Notes: a model not told the origin generated them from the letters alone. A stretch of 64,000 bases of DNA from an uncultured Bryobacterales bacterium (GCA_937959285.1 CALGAR010000018.1:40103-104102); one strand, 5' to 3'. Shown: positions 36,806 to 45,964, counted from the stretch's first letter. Program-made: numbers and translations.

Positions 36806-38532
36806 GTAGACTCCTTGAGATCCCTGATTGTCCGGACCTGGCTGTCCGGAAATAGCTCCTGAAAGCGTTTTACTTCCGGATGCGACAGGGCTCTGGCTGT
36901 AAGTTCATCTTCTTCCTGGTTCGCCGCCTTCGGCGCCTGGGCAGGCGTCACTGCTGACACCTGGCCGATTTCGACGACAACCTTCAAAGGCCGTCCGAGA
37001 ATCTGCCGTACTGCCGCTTCCACGTCCGGCGACTTCACCGCCAATCGGAACTCGCTCGCCGTCCGGATCTTCAGCTCGTTTCCTGACGGAATCAATTCCG
37101 AATGTTCAATCGCGTCTGCGCTGAACGTGTTGCCCTGCTCCATCAGAAGCGCGTGCAGCCGTTCCTTCAGCAACGAATCGGACGCTCCGATTCCTTGCTC
37201 CCTCTGCGGGCTCGTAGGGGGAGCAGGCGCCACAGCAGGCGGTGGAGCCGGAGGCGGCGGCGCTGCTGCCGGGTTTTTTCGATAGAAATCGCGTTCAAAG
37301 GGGGACGGTCCTGTACGCGCCGGCGTCGGGGAAGACGGCGCAACCGGGGAGACGGAAGGAGTTTGCCTGGTCCTTACGTCCGCCTGCCCCGAAGCTTTGC
37401 TGCCCGATCCTGACAGACCGGCCAGCGCTTCCTCGATGGGTAGGATGCGTCCGGCATGCACGAGGCGAAGCAGCCCAATTTCGAGGTGAAAGCGAGGCTG
37501 AAGCGAGGTCTGCAACTCGCGGAAAGATTCGAGGGTGAGCTGCAGGTAACGCGTCAGGTCCTCTTCGGAAAAGCCCGACGCAATTTCGGCGAGACGCTCC
37601 TGCTCCCGTCCTGAAGCGGCAATCAACCTCGTACCGGCGCCCGCGATCCGCGCGACCAGCAAATTCCGGAAGAATCGCGCCAGCTCCCGGCAGAAGTGCT
37701 GGAGGTTGTGGCCGTTGCGTTCGAGCTCAGCGACCACTTCCAGCATCGCCTGTGAATCGCTCTTGGCGAGAGCTGTGCTCACTTTCTCGAGCGATTCCAG
37801 GGAGAACATTCCGAGCAGACCGCGTACCTCTGCCGGGGTAAGGTGGTTCCCGCAGCAGGCGATTGCCTGGTCGAGGGCGGAAAGGGAATCGCGCACACTG
37901 CCTTCTCCCGCCTGCGCCAATACCGCCAAAGCTTCCGGATCGGCCTGCACTCCTTCCTGTTCGCAAATCCAGGCCATGCGTGACACGAGATCCTTGAAGT
38001 CAACGGACCGGAAACTGAACTGCTGGCAGCGGGATCCGATAGTTGTGGGGATCTTGTGAACCTCGGTGGTGCACAGAACAAAGACCACCCACTCGGGAGG
38101 CTCCTCGAGGGTCTTCAGAAGCGCGTTGAATGCTTCATTTGTAATCTGATGCGCCTCGTCGATGATGAAAACTTTATAGCGATCCCGAGCCGGACGGTAG
38201 CGGACGTTCTCCCGAAGCTCGCGCATCTCGTTGATGCCGCGATTGGAAGCAGCGTCGATTTCGATGACGTCGACGGCGTTGCCGCCGGAGATCTCAAGGC
38301 AGCTTGCGCATTTGCCGCAGGGCGTTGGTGTTGGGCCTTCGACACAATTCAAGCACCGCGCAAGAATACGGGCCACGGTCGTCTTGCCCGTTCCACGTTG
38401 TCCCGCGAAGATGTAGCCGTGCGCGATCCGGCGCTGGCTGATGGCGTTCTCCAGCGTCGTCCTGACGTGTTCCTGGCCGATCAGGTCGGCAAACGACTGA
38501 GGCCGGTACTTCCTGGCGATAACTTGATACAT
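36802..38532 (-). CDS. dnaX: DNA polymerase III subunits gamma/tau
   Basis: RPQSFADLIGQEH, Walker A GQRGTGKTT, a Cys zinc module (CLNC...CGKCASC), DEAH, and a Pro/Ala-rich linker after domain III. Confidence 0.93.
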   Translation of the reverse strand: MYQVIARKYRPQSFADLIGQEHVRTTLENAISQRRIAHGYIFAGQRGTGKTTVARILARCLNCVEGPTPTPCGKCASCLEISGGNAVDVIEIDAASNRGINEMRELRENVRYRPARDRYKVFIIDEAHQITNEAFNALLKTLEEPPEWVVFVLCTTEVHKIPTTIGSRCQQFSFRSVDFKDLVSRMAWICEQEGVQADPEALAVLAQAGEGSVRDSLSALDQAIACCGNHLTPAEVRGLLGMFSLESLEKVSTALAKSDSQAMLEVVAELERNGHNLQHFCRELARFFRNLLVARIAGAGTRLIAASGREQERLAEIASGFSEEDLTRYLQLTLESFRELQTSLQPRFHLEIGLLRLVHAGRILPIEEALAGLSGSGSKASGQADVRTRQTPSVSPVAPSSPTPARTGPSPFERDFYRKNPAAAPPPPAPPPAVAPAPPTSPQREQGIGASDSLLKERLHALLMEQGNTFSADAIEHSELIPSGNELKIRTASEFRLAVKSPDVEAAVRQILGRPLKVVVEIGQVSAVTPAQAPKAANQEEDELTARALSHPEVKRFQELFPDSQVRTIRDLKEST

Positions 38533-38625
38533 GGAAAGAGTCGCCGGCGAGGTGGTGTGATGTTAACACAAACCCTGCCAAGGAGCAGCCACTCCGCAGA
38601 AAGATTAGCTTCGCTAAATAGAGCC

Positions 38626-38726
38626 AGACCCCGGGTGATTCGCGGCACACGAGCTAAACTACTACCGTTGCTTCCTTCCGGACCTGGCGGGGTTCGCAGC
38701 CGCTCGTTGCACGAAGCCCGAGGCCT
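38626..38726 (-). ncRNA. ffs: Signal recognition particle RNA (small/4.5S type)
   Basis: The minus strand reads ...CCAGGTCCGGAAGGAAGCAACGG..., which is the conserved SRP domain IV motif. The terminal helix AGGCCTCGGG/CCCGGGGTCT and the inner helix GCAACGAGC/GCTCGTGTGC close the rod. It lies upstream of dnaX, the common bacterial synteny. The ends are approximate. Confidence 0.85.
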
Positions 38727-38871
38727 GACACCTAACTATCGTATCACGTTGCAGGCAAGCCCTAAAGCTTTAGGAGACAAGCGTGTTGCATTGAAGCCCC
38801 AGCTTGAGGCATGATAAAAGAGTCGTCGTATAGGCATCCGAAGTGAGGCTCGTGCAACCGCAACTTTCCCG

Positions 38872-39276
38872 ATGAAGCGACTCCACAACAGATTCAAGTT
38901 CCTCGTTGTTGTGGCGCTTCTTTCCGCCTTCGCGGCCGGAGCCTTCAGCTTCCCGGACGCCTGGACGCAGAGAAACGCCCGTCCGCGGGTAAATCTGCGC
39001 AGCCTCCGGGCGGACACCGACGGCGAGCCCATCCACCTGGAGCCATTCAAGGATGGCTCCCACGAGACGGGGATGTGCTCGTCGGGTTCCTCTCAATCTA
39101 GTGTCCGTTTATCGCCGGCAGACACGTCCACCGACCATCCGCCGGCCGAGATAGCCTCCTATCAGCTTTTTGAGGTCGTTCTCGATCCTTCAGAGCCGTT
39201 AGAAGCCCTGAGCATTCCGGCGGCTCGGCCGGTCGTACAGGTGCCGTCCTCCGGCAGATCGCCCCCCTCACTCTAG
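38872..39276 (+). CDS. Hypothetical small secreted protein
   Basis: Signal-peptide-like N-terminus (FLVVVALLSAFAAGAFS). GC3 bias is good in the first half and weaker in the second. I recognise no family. Confidence 0.45.
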   Translation: MKRLHNRFKFLVVVALLSAFAAGAFSFPDAWTQRNARPRVNLRSLRADTDGEPIHLEPFKDGSHETGMCSSGSSQSSVRLSPADTSTDHPPAEIASYQLFEVVLDPSEPLEALSIPAARPVVQVPSSGRSPPSL

Positions 39277-39405
39277 CCCTCGAACTCCCACAACTGTTAA
39301 CTTTTTGGCCGTGGTCTGACGGTGGCTAGTCCCATGTCGCACCATGCCCGGGTCCATGGCTTGTCAGTTCAAAGCCATTGATTGGTAAAGCCACGAGAGA
39401 AAGAG

Positions 39406-40083
39406 ATGAGACGTTTACTCGAAGGATTGGTGCGATTTCACAACGAGGTATATCCCTCGAAAAGAGAGCTTTTTGAGAGTCTTGCGCAGAAACAAACACC
39501 CCATTCGCTCTTTATTACCTGTTCCGATTCGCGAATCGTTCCCGATTTGCTGACCGGCGCCGAGCCGGGAGATCTGTTCATTATTCGCAATGCCGGCAAT
39601 ATCGTTCCGCCCTACGGAGAGATGAATGGCGGAGTTTCCGCGACGATCGAATACGCAATCATGGCCCTCAATATCAAAAACATCGTTGTGTGCGGCCATT
39701 CTGACTGCGGGGCGATGAAGGCGGTGTTGCATCCGGAGGAGGTCGCGGACATGCCGGTCGTGGCCTCATGGCTGAAACATGCGGAGGTGGCGCGGCGGGT
39801 CGCGATGGCGAATTGTCCGGATCTCAACAGCCCTGAGCTGCTGCGAATCCTTACCGAGGAGAACCTCCTGGCGCAGGTCAGCAATTTGCGCACCCATCCT
39901 TCCGTGGCCGTGGGACTTTCGAAGGGCGAACTTACCATCTACGCCTGGCTGTATGACATTGAGCGAGGTCACGTTCGCGCCTTTGATGTGACTCAAGGGG
40001 AATTTGTTGCCGTCAGCGATAATGGCTCGCTGCCGATTGCCGCTCCACAGCCGCGGGAGCGTGTACAGGAGGTGGCTTCATGA
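39406..40083 (+). CDS. Beta-class carbonic anhydrase
   Basis: Zinc ligand motifs CSDSR and HSDCGA. Start set to the ATG at 39406. Confidence 0.88.
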   Translation: MRRLLEGLVRFHNEVYPSKRELFESLAQKQTPHSLFITCSDSRIVPDLLTGAEPGDLFIIRNAGNIVPPYGEMNGGVSATIEYAIMALNIKNIVVCGHSDCGAMKAVLHPEEVADMPVVASWLKHAEVARRVAMANCPDLNSPELLRILTEENLLAQVSNLRTHPSVAVGLSKGELTIYAWLYDIERGHVRAFDVTQGEFVAVSDNGSLPIAAPQPRERVQEVAS

Positions 40084-41597
40084 CTAGCCAGCAGACGATG
40101 GCAAAAGATTTTCTTGCATCAGTCGTCGTTTTCCTGGTAGCTCTGCCACTTTGTCTGGGCATTGCAATCGCCTCCGGCGTTCCACCTGCCCTGGGCCTGA
40201 TTTCCGGAATTGTCGGAGGGTTGGTCGTTGGCCTCCTTGCCGGCGCGCCGCTGCAGGTCACCGGTCCCGCTGCCGGCCTTGCCGTGCTGGTGTATGAGGT
40301 CGTGAACGAGCACGGAATCGCGATGCTCGGTCCGATTCTCCTGCTCGCCGGCTCGATCCAGGTGGTTGCCGGCATCCTCCGCATCGGCCAATGGTTCCGG
40401 GCAATTTCCCCCGCGGTTGTCTACGGCATGCTTGCCGGCATTGGCGTGCTGATCTTCAGCGCTCAGTTCCACGTTATGGTGGATGACAAGCCGCGGGCCA
40501 ACGGACTCGAGAATCTCATCTCGATTCCCTCAGCGATTTACAAAGGCATCTTCCCGCTTGACGGCAGCGTTCACCATCTCGCCGCCGGAATTGGGATCGT
40601 TACGATCGTGACCATGGTCTTGTGGGCGAAGTTCCGTCCTGCAGCGCTGAAACTGGTTCCCGCGCCTCTCCTCGCCGTCCTGGTGGCAAGCGCCCTCGCA
40701 AGCGCTTTCGAACTGCCGATCTCTTACGTCGTTGTTCCTGAACGGCTCACGGACTCGATCACTCTACCGACCTTCGAAAGCCTCTCCAAGCTGGCGAACA
40801 GTTCCATTCTGCTGGCCGCGGTTGCCTTTGCATTTATCGCCAGCGCCGAGACGCTGCTGTCCACCGCTGCTGTCGACCGGCTTCACAATGGCCCGCGGGC
40901 GAACTACGACAAAGAGCTGACGGCGCAGGGCGTTGGCAATATGCTTTGCGGTCTCTTCGGTGCGCTGCCGCTCACCGGCGTGATCGTTCGCAGTTCAGCA
41001 AATGTGGATGCGGGCGCCAAGACGCGCCTTTCAGCTATCCTGCACGGCGTCTGGCTCCTGCTGGCCGTCCTGTCGCTGCCTGCGGTTCTCCGGCTCATTC
41101 CGACGTCCGCGCTGGCGGCGATCCTCGTCTATACGGGCTACAAGCTGGTGAATATCGACAACATCCGCGCGCTTCAGCGCTACGGCCGTGTTCCGGTGGT
41201 GATCTACTTTGCGACGGTGATCGGAATCGTCGCCATCGATCTGCTCACCGGCGTCATCGTGGGCGTGCTCCTCTCGCTGTTCAAGCTCGTGTACAAGATG
41301 ACCTACCTGGATATCCGTTTGGTTCAGCGGCCCGGCACTTCAGATTTTGATCTCTACCTGGAGGGTGCGGCTACATTCCTCCGCTTGCCCAAACTGGCTG
41401 CCACCCTCGACGGGCTTCCAGCCGGGACGAATCTGCACGTGCATGTGGACAAGCTGACCTATATCGATCACTCCTGTCTCGATCTGCTTGCAAGCTGGGA
41501 GAGTCAAAACGCCGAGCGTGGTTCAACTCTGGTTGTGCAATGGGACGGTTTGGTGGCGCGTTATCGGGGGAGAACGACCGCCGATCTGGCGGCGTGA
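40080..41597 (+). CDS. SulP-family anion (bicarbonate/sulfate) transporter with a C-terminal STAS domain
   Basis: ATGA overlap with the carbonic anhydrase gene. Multi-pass membrane domain with typical SulP segments (GIAIASGVPP, ELTAQGVGN) and a STAS-like C-terminus. Confidence 0.88.
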   Translation: MTSQQTMAKDFLASVVVFLVALPLCLGIAIASGVPPALGLISGIVGGLVVGLLAGAPLQVTGPAAGLAVLVYEVVNEHGIAMLGPILLLAGSIQVVAGILRIGQWFRAISPAVVYGMLAGIGVLIFSAQFHVMVDDKPRANGLENLISIPSAIYKGIFPLDGSVHHLAAGIGIVTIVTMVLWAKFRPAALKLVPAPLLAVLVASALASAFELPISYVVVPERLTDSITLPTFESLSKLANSSILLAAVAFAFIASAETLLSTAAVDRLHNGPRANYDKELTAQGVGNMLCGLFGALPLTGVIVRSSANVDAGAKTRLSAILHGVWLLLAVLSLPAVLRLIPTSALAAILVYTGYKLVNIDNIRALQRYGRVPVVIYFATVIGIVAIDLLTGVIVGVLLSLFKLVYKMTYLDIRLVQRPGTSDFDLYLEGAATFLRLPKLAATLDGLPAGTNLHVHVDKLTYIDHSCLDLLASWESQNAERGSTLVVQWDGLVARYRGRTTADLAA

Positions 41598-41700
41598 CCG
41601 GTGGCGGGCCGTGAACGTAGCACTGACTCAACCGCTCTCCAAGAAAATGAGCCGGGCGGCCGGGTAGGGGAGCGCCGACTTATGGCACTGTAAAAGAAGG

Positions 41701-41973
41701 ATGGGCTTTGCACTCTGGATTGAGGGCGATATCGCCTGCGCGTACGGAACTCACGAGTACCGGCCGATGGGCGCGGCAATTATCGGCGTTCGCGGCCAGT
41801 TTACGCAACGGGACTTTCGCCCCCAGCGCCGGCTGCCTCGCCGTGACTCCCGGTCATTTGCCGGCTACTTTGCATCCATCGGCGAGATGAATGAGTTTCT
41901 GCGGCGCCGTTTGCGCGGCTACCGGAAGCGCAGAACGAAGAAGCTCATGTACCTGGAGCAGATTCTCCGCTGA
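41701..41973 (+). CDS. Hypothetical small basic protein
   Basis: 90-aa ORF with AAGAAGG immediately upstream of the ATG and GC3-rich codons. I recognise no family. Confidence 0.45.
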   Translation: MGFALWIEGDIACAYGTHEYRPMGAAIIGVRGQFTQRDFRPQRRLPRRDSRSFAGYFASIGEMNEFLRRRLRGYRKRRTKKLMYLEQILR

Positions 41974-41974
41974 C

Positions 41975-42859
41975 CTATCCCTTCAGGTGTTGGAAGGCTT
42001 CTTCGATTTCCCGCTTCGCTTCCGGGCAAAGTGGGACGAGTGGCAGGCGGGGCGGACCGCCGTAGTATCCGTTCAGATCCATTGCATACTTCAGGCCGGG
42101 CACTCCGTACTTTGTCGTCACCAGGTACGCGGCGTGCGCGATCCGGTTCTGCCAGTCCTGAGCCGCCTCGATTTCGCGGGTACGGAAGGCCTCCCAGATC
42201 GTAATTGTGGCGTACGGCGCTGCATTGGCGAAGGCAAGCACCGCTCCGGTGGCGCCGACGGTGAGAGACGGCCAGAGGGTCGGCGCGCTGCCCACCAGAA
42301 CCTGGAAGCCTTTCTTCACCTCCCGGATCATCCGCATCACCTTTTCCAGGTTCCCCGAGCTCTCCTTGATCGCCACAATGTTGGGATGATGGGATAGCTC
42401 GATGACCGCCTCGGCTGTGATATCGAGACCCGTCGCCTGCGGCCAGTTATAGATCATGATGGGGATCTTTACTTGGTCGGCCACGGCGCGGAAGTAGAGG
42501 ACTTGCGCCTCCGTCCGGTTCAAGAGGTTTTTGTAGTAATGCGGCGTCCGCACCATTGCCGCTTTATAACCGATCGCGGCTGCCCGATTGGTGAGATCCA
42601 CCGTCTCGCGAACGCTCTCGACACCAGTGCCTGCAATGAGCAGCTTGTCGGATGAGGCGAAATCGGCGACCCACTCCCACATGCGGATCTTTTCCTCGGC
42701 CGTGAGCATGACGCTTTCGCCTGTGGAACCACAGACGACATAACCGGATAAGGCTATCCGGTTCCACTTCTCGACGTTGTGCTGAACTTTCGCTTTGTAC
42801 AACTCCCCGTCGGAATTAAAGGGAGTGGTGATGGGAGGGAATATGCCTTGCAGTTTCAT
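41975..42859 (-). CDS. Dihydrodipicolinate synthase/N-acetylneuraminate lyase family (DapA-like) protein
   Basis: The GSTGE motif (VCGSTGESVML), the YNWP segment, the IVAIKESSG catalytic Lys region, and a length of 294 aa. Confidence 0.8.
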   Translation of the reverse strand: MKLQGIFPPITTPFNSDGELYKAKVQHNVEKWNRIALSGYVVCGSTGESVMLTAEEKIRMWEWVADFASSDKLLIAGTGVESVRETVDLTNRAAAIGYKAAMVRTPHYYKNLLNRTEAQVLYFRAVADQVKIPIMIYNWPQATGLDITAEAVIELSHHPNIVAIKESSGNLEKVMRMIREVKKGFQVLVGSAPTLWPSLTVGATGAVLAFANAAPYATITIWEAFRTREIEAAQDWQNRIAHAAYLVTTKYGVPGLKYAMDLNGYYGGPPRLPLVPLCPEAKREIEEAFQHLKG

Positions 42860-42868
42860 GGAACGGAT

Positions 42869-42898
42869 GTCCCCCGCATCGTTGCTTCTGCGGGGGAC
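42869..42898 (-). terminator. Strong intercistronic hairpin after atpE
   Basis: GTCCCCCGCA-N10-TGCGGGGGAC is a perfect 10-bp stem 10 nt after the atpE stop and 10 nt before the DapA-like start. There is no U-tract, so it could be an attenuator or mRNA-stability element rather than a full terminator. Confidence 0.5.
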
Positions 42899-42907
42899 GA
42901 ACCTGGG

Positions 42908-43207
42908 TTAAACAACCTTCAGCAGGATGATGACCAGAGTGTAGAGCGCCAGCGATTCGATCAGCACCAGACCGAGCAGCAGAGCGAATCGAATGGCGGC
43001 AGAGGCTCCGGGATTGCGCGCCATGCCTTCAGCGGCAGCGGCGACAGCCCGTGCCTGGGCCAGACCACAGAGGCCCGAGGCAATTGCCATGGAAAATCCG
43101 GAGGTAATGGCTACCCAGTTCGTAGCCGCTCCGGCGGGTTCCTGCGCAAAGATCGGCGTGGCGAAGCACAGCATCGCCAGAAGCAGCAGGGTTGTCTTCA
43201 AGTTCAT
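42908..43207 (-). CDS. atpE: F0F1 ATP synthase subunit c
   Basis: Two-helix proteolipid with the loop MARNPGA and the carboxylate helix LLGLVLIESLALY. Confidence 0.9.
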   Translation of the reverse strand: MNLKTTLLLLAMLCFATPIFAQEPAGAATNWVAITSGFSMAIASGLCGLAQARAVAAAAEGMARNPGASAAIRFALLLGLVLIESLALYTLVIILLKVV

Positions 43208-43303
43208 CTGTTTCTCCTTGGTATGAATCGCTCTCAGGAGGTGGTTCCCGAACCGCCTACCGTAGTGGGGCCGGGCTCACACTGACAGCGGATAAAGCCG
43301 GTA

Positions 43304-44044
43304 TTAATGGTCGTCGTGCGCCACCGCGCTACCGACGTAAATCATCGTTAGCAGTGTGAAGACATACGCCTGCAGGAATGCAACGAATACGTGCAGCCCC
43401 ATGAAAATCGCCGGAATAAACAGGTACGTCAGACCCAGGAATGCGAGAGTCACCTGCTCGCCCGCATACATATTTGCGTAAAGACGAATGGTGAGTGACA
43501 GAGGACGAGCCGCATGGCTGATGATTTCGATGGGAATCATCAGCGGGGCAAGCAGCGGCATCGGGCCTGCGAAGTGCGCCAGATACTTCCCAATGCCATT
43601 CGCCTTCATGCCTACGTAGTTGTAATAAAGAAAGGCTGCCAGAGCACAGCCTGCGGGCACCGAAGGAAACATGGTCGGGGATTCGAACGTCGGAATGACC
43701 CCGATCAGATTGCTGAACAGAATGAAAAAGAAAAGCGTCCCGAAGAACGCCACGTAGTGGCGCCCGTGATGCCCGACCGCTTCGTCAGCCTGTCCCTGCA
43801 GGAACTGGTGGAGTACCTCAAAGACATGCTGCATCTTCCCCGGCCGGTCCATGGAGAGGCAGCTGCGCAGTATCGCGAATACGACCACTACGATCAGCGC
43901 GACCACAATCTGCATCGTCATGAAATTGGTCCACGGATGCGCCGGGTCGTGCGCGTGAACGCCAAAGAGCCCAAGAACGGCGTTCGCTACTCCACCTAGA
44001 TACCTGTTGAACAGGGCGGTGACCCACAGTTCATGTTCGTGCAT
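43304..44044 (-). CDS. atpB: F0F1 ATP synthase subunit a
   Basis: The conserved LSLTIRLYANMYAGE block, carrying the essential Arg, and a multi-pass membrane profile. Confidence 0.9.
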   Translation of the reverse strand: MHEHELWVTALFNRYLGGVANAVLGLFGVHAHDPAHPWTNFMTMQIVVALIVVVVFAILRSCLSMDRPGKMQHVFEVLHQFLQGQADEAVGHHGRHYVAFFGTLFFFILFSNLIGVIPTFESPTMFPSVPAGCALAAFLYYNYVGMKANGIGKYLAHFAGPMPLLAPLMIPIEIISHAARPLSLTIRLYANMYAGEQVTLAFLGLTYLFIPAIFMGLHVFVAFLQAYVFTLLTMIYVGSAVAHDDH

Positions 44045-44420
44045 ATGTGAAGAGTTGGTAAAGCGCTTCGAGGATCACTGCGGCAACCACGGTGAGCAGC
44101 CCCGCCAGGAGCGCCAACAGACTGACCCCAAAGACTCTTAGCATAACATAACCGCCCGCCCCGAGCAGCCCGTATCGCAGACCCAGGAGCACAGCCATGA
44201 CGGTAGCGCGCGAACCGCGCCTCGCCGGCGCCCCTAACGTCTCCACAAGCCGCTTCAGCCAGAAGAAGTTCAGATAGGAAATCAAGGCTCCGGTGAGGAA
44301 TCCGAAGCCCGCCGGCCACCCTCCCAGGCCAAACCCTGCGATGGTTCCTCCGAGGCTGAGCAGCAGCGTCAGCCGCTGAATCCTTCGGACGGGACCGGCA
44401 TACCAACGGTCAGCTTCCAC
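44031..44420 (-). CDS. atpI: ATP synthase protein I-like small membrane protein
   Basis: Hydrophobic four-helix protein immediately upstream of atpB. Start assigned to the GTG at 44420; the N-terminal 56 codons of the ORF-track ORF overlap atpZ out of frame and look non-coding. Confidence 0.55.
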   Translation of the reverse strand: MEADRWYAGPVRRIQRLTLLLSLGGTIAGFGLGGWPAGFGFLTGALISYLNFFWLKRLVETLGAPARRGSRATVMAVLLGLRYGLLGAGGYVMLRVFGVSLLALLAGLLTVVAAVILEALYQLFTYART

Positions 44421-44661
44421 GATTACCCGAGTCCCGCTGAAGTTCCCGCACCAGTTCGATGAAACCGGCGGCGATGCCCAGGAGCAAGAAGACGATATAC
44501 AAGAAGCTGGTGCCGAAGGCGCGATCGAGCAGCACGCCGATGAGGTATCCGACGAAGACACAAGCCGGCAGGAGGAAGGCCAGGCCAAGGTAGCGCCCTA
44601 GGGCCTGATAGACCGGATTCGGCCCGCGGTTCACTACCCCGCGCTGTTTCTTTTCCGGCAT
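44410..44661 (-). CDS. AtpZ/AtpI-family small membrane protein
   Basis: 83 aa with two transmembrane helices (LGLAFLLPACVFVGYLIGVLLD and FLYIVFLLLGIAAGFIEL). The position upstream of atpI-atpB is typical of AtpZ. Confidence 0.65.
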   Translation of the reverse strand: MPEKKQRGVVNRGPNPVYQALGRYLGLAFLLPACVFVGYLIGVLLDRAFGTSFLYIVFLLLGIAAGFIELVRELQRDSGNRGS

Positions 44662-45464
44662 AGGATCTCCTGAGCCCTTTCCGCCGTCTCCTTGACGAGG
44701 AATCCCATCTTGGGGTGGCTGGGCGTGAAATCAGGCTTCAGACCGTACTCTTCGAGCATTTCGCTCGTGGTGGGACCGATTGAGGCGATCACGCACCAGG
44801 AGAGTCCTTTTCGCACTTCTTCGGCGATGCCTTCTTCGGATGCAATTCGGAGCAGATGCTCAATCTGAACCGAAGTAGTAAACATGGCAACGTCGAACTC
44901 TCCTTGCGCAAGCCGCCGCGCCGCCTCCCGCAAGGGCTGGGTGTCGACCGGCAGGTCCCATTGATAGACGCGAATCGATGTCACCTCAGCGCCTCTTGCC
45001 TTCAAAGCCTCGATCAGCTCCACATTGGGCTTTCCGTACTCCTGAACCGCAATCCGGCGTTCTGTCCTCCCCTTCGTCGCTTCGAGAAGTTCACGCCAGG
45101 TGTTCGGTCCGGGAACCAGAACATGGATTGGAACATTGAGCTCCCGGAGCACGGCTGCGGGCTTAGGGCCGCGGGCTACGACCGTCAGTTCTCTCAAGGC
45201 GGAGGGGAACCGGTCCTCGGGATATCTGGCAGCGAGCGTCTGGTGGAGCAGGCGTGTGCCGATGCCGGTGAGGAAGATCATCATGTCGAACTCTTTTACG
45301 AAGAGCCGTTCGGCGAAGGCAAATGCAGCTTCGTTTGATTCGAGCGGCGCTTCCCGCATCGACGGGGCCATGAACACCTCGCCGCCCTGACGCGAGATCA
45401 GGGTCGCCATTTCCGCCGCGCGCCTGCTCTCAAGGGAAAGGACCCGGAGGCCAGAAAAAGACAT
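44634..45464 (-). CDS. hemD: Uroporphyrinogen-III synthase-like (HEM4 domain) protein
   Basis: The two-lobed, roughly 275-aa protein begins LRVLSLESRRAAEMATLISRQGGEV, which resembles HemD family members. The assignment is from memory. Confidence 0.6.
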   Translation of the reverse strand: MSFSGLRVLSLESRRAAEMATLISRQGGEVFMAPSMREAPLESNEAAFAFAERLFVKEFDMMIFLTGIGTRLLHQTLAARYPEDRFPSALRELTVVARGPKPAAVLRELNVPIHVLVPGPNTWRELLEATKGRTERRIAVQEYGKPNVELIEALKARGAEVTSIRVYQWDLPVDTQPLREAARRLAQGEFDVAMFTTSVQIEHLLRIASEEGIAEEVRKGLSWCVIASIGPTTSEMLEEYGLKPDFTPSHPKMGFLVKETAERAQEILCRKRNSAG

Positions 45465-45535
45465 TCTGTCAACAGTATAGCGACGCCATCCCTTCGGATC
45501 GAAGAGCCTGGAGTCTGACGTCGACGAAGCGGCGA

Positions 45536-45964
45536 TCAGTTGCGGTCTCTCAAGGGTTGCTGATTGGTCTTGGGGTAAGTAGCGGCCAACCTCAGTTTCC
45601 GGATCTTGCCATCGCCGAGTTTGAGCAAGAGGTTTTTCTTGTCAATTGCGATTTGGACTTTGTCTCCTTCGGAAAGCTGAAGTCTTGCCCATGGAGCGAC
45701 TCGCTCTTGCGCAGTGTATTCTACGTCGCCCGCGTCAAAGTCGAACTCGCCTACCGCAAGCTGTATGAATCCATTAGAAGTTTCTCCCGGTCGGTGTGCG
45801 GCAGATGCACCCTCGGTACCGGCATACAATCCTTCTATGGAATATTGCACGTAGCGGACAGTCGCCGTCTTCCATTGGACCGGATCCTTACCCGGGAGCG
45901 GCTGCATTGAGACCGCAGCAAGCCCCCACAAAAGCGCCAGCTTTCGAGTGAGCGCGCTCTCCAT
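45536..45964 (-). CDS. Hypothetical small secreted protein
   Basis: Signal-like N-terminus (LALLWGLAAVS). Codon usage looks coding. I recognise no family. Confidence 0.5.
   Translation of the reverse strand: MESALTRKLALLWGLAAVSMQPLPGKDPVQWKTATVRYVQYSIEGLYAGTEGASAAHRPGETSNGFIQLAVGEFDFDAGDVEYTAQERVAPWARLQLSEGDKVQIAIDKKNLLLKLGDGKIRKLRLAATYPKTNQQPLRDRN

Noticed and set aside
36802-38814. Plus-strand ORFs inside and over dnaX, such as 38056-38814 (252 aa)
   Set aside because: They are antisense to a motif-rich dnaX and run across the SRP RNA locus. The translations are non-protein-like.
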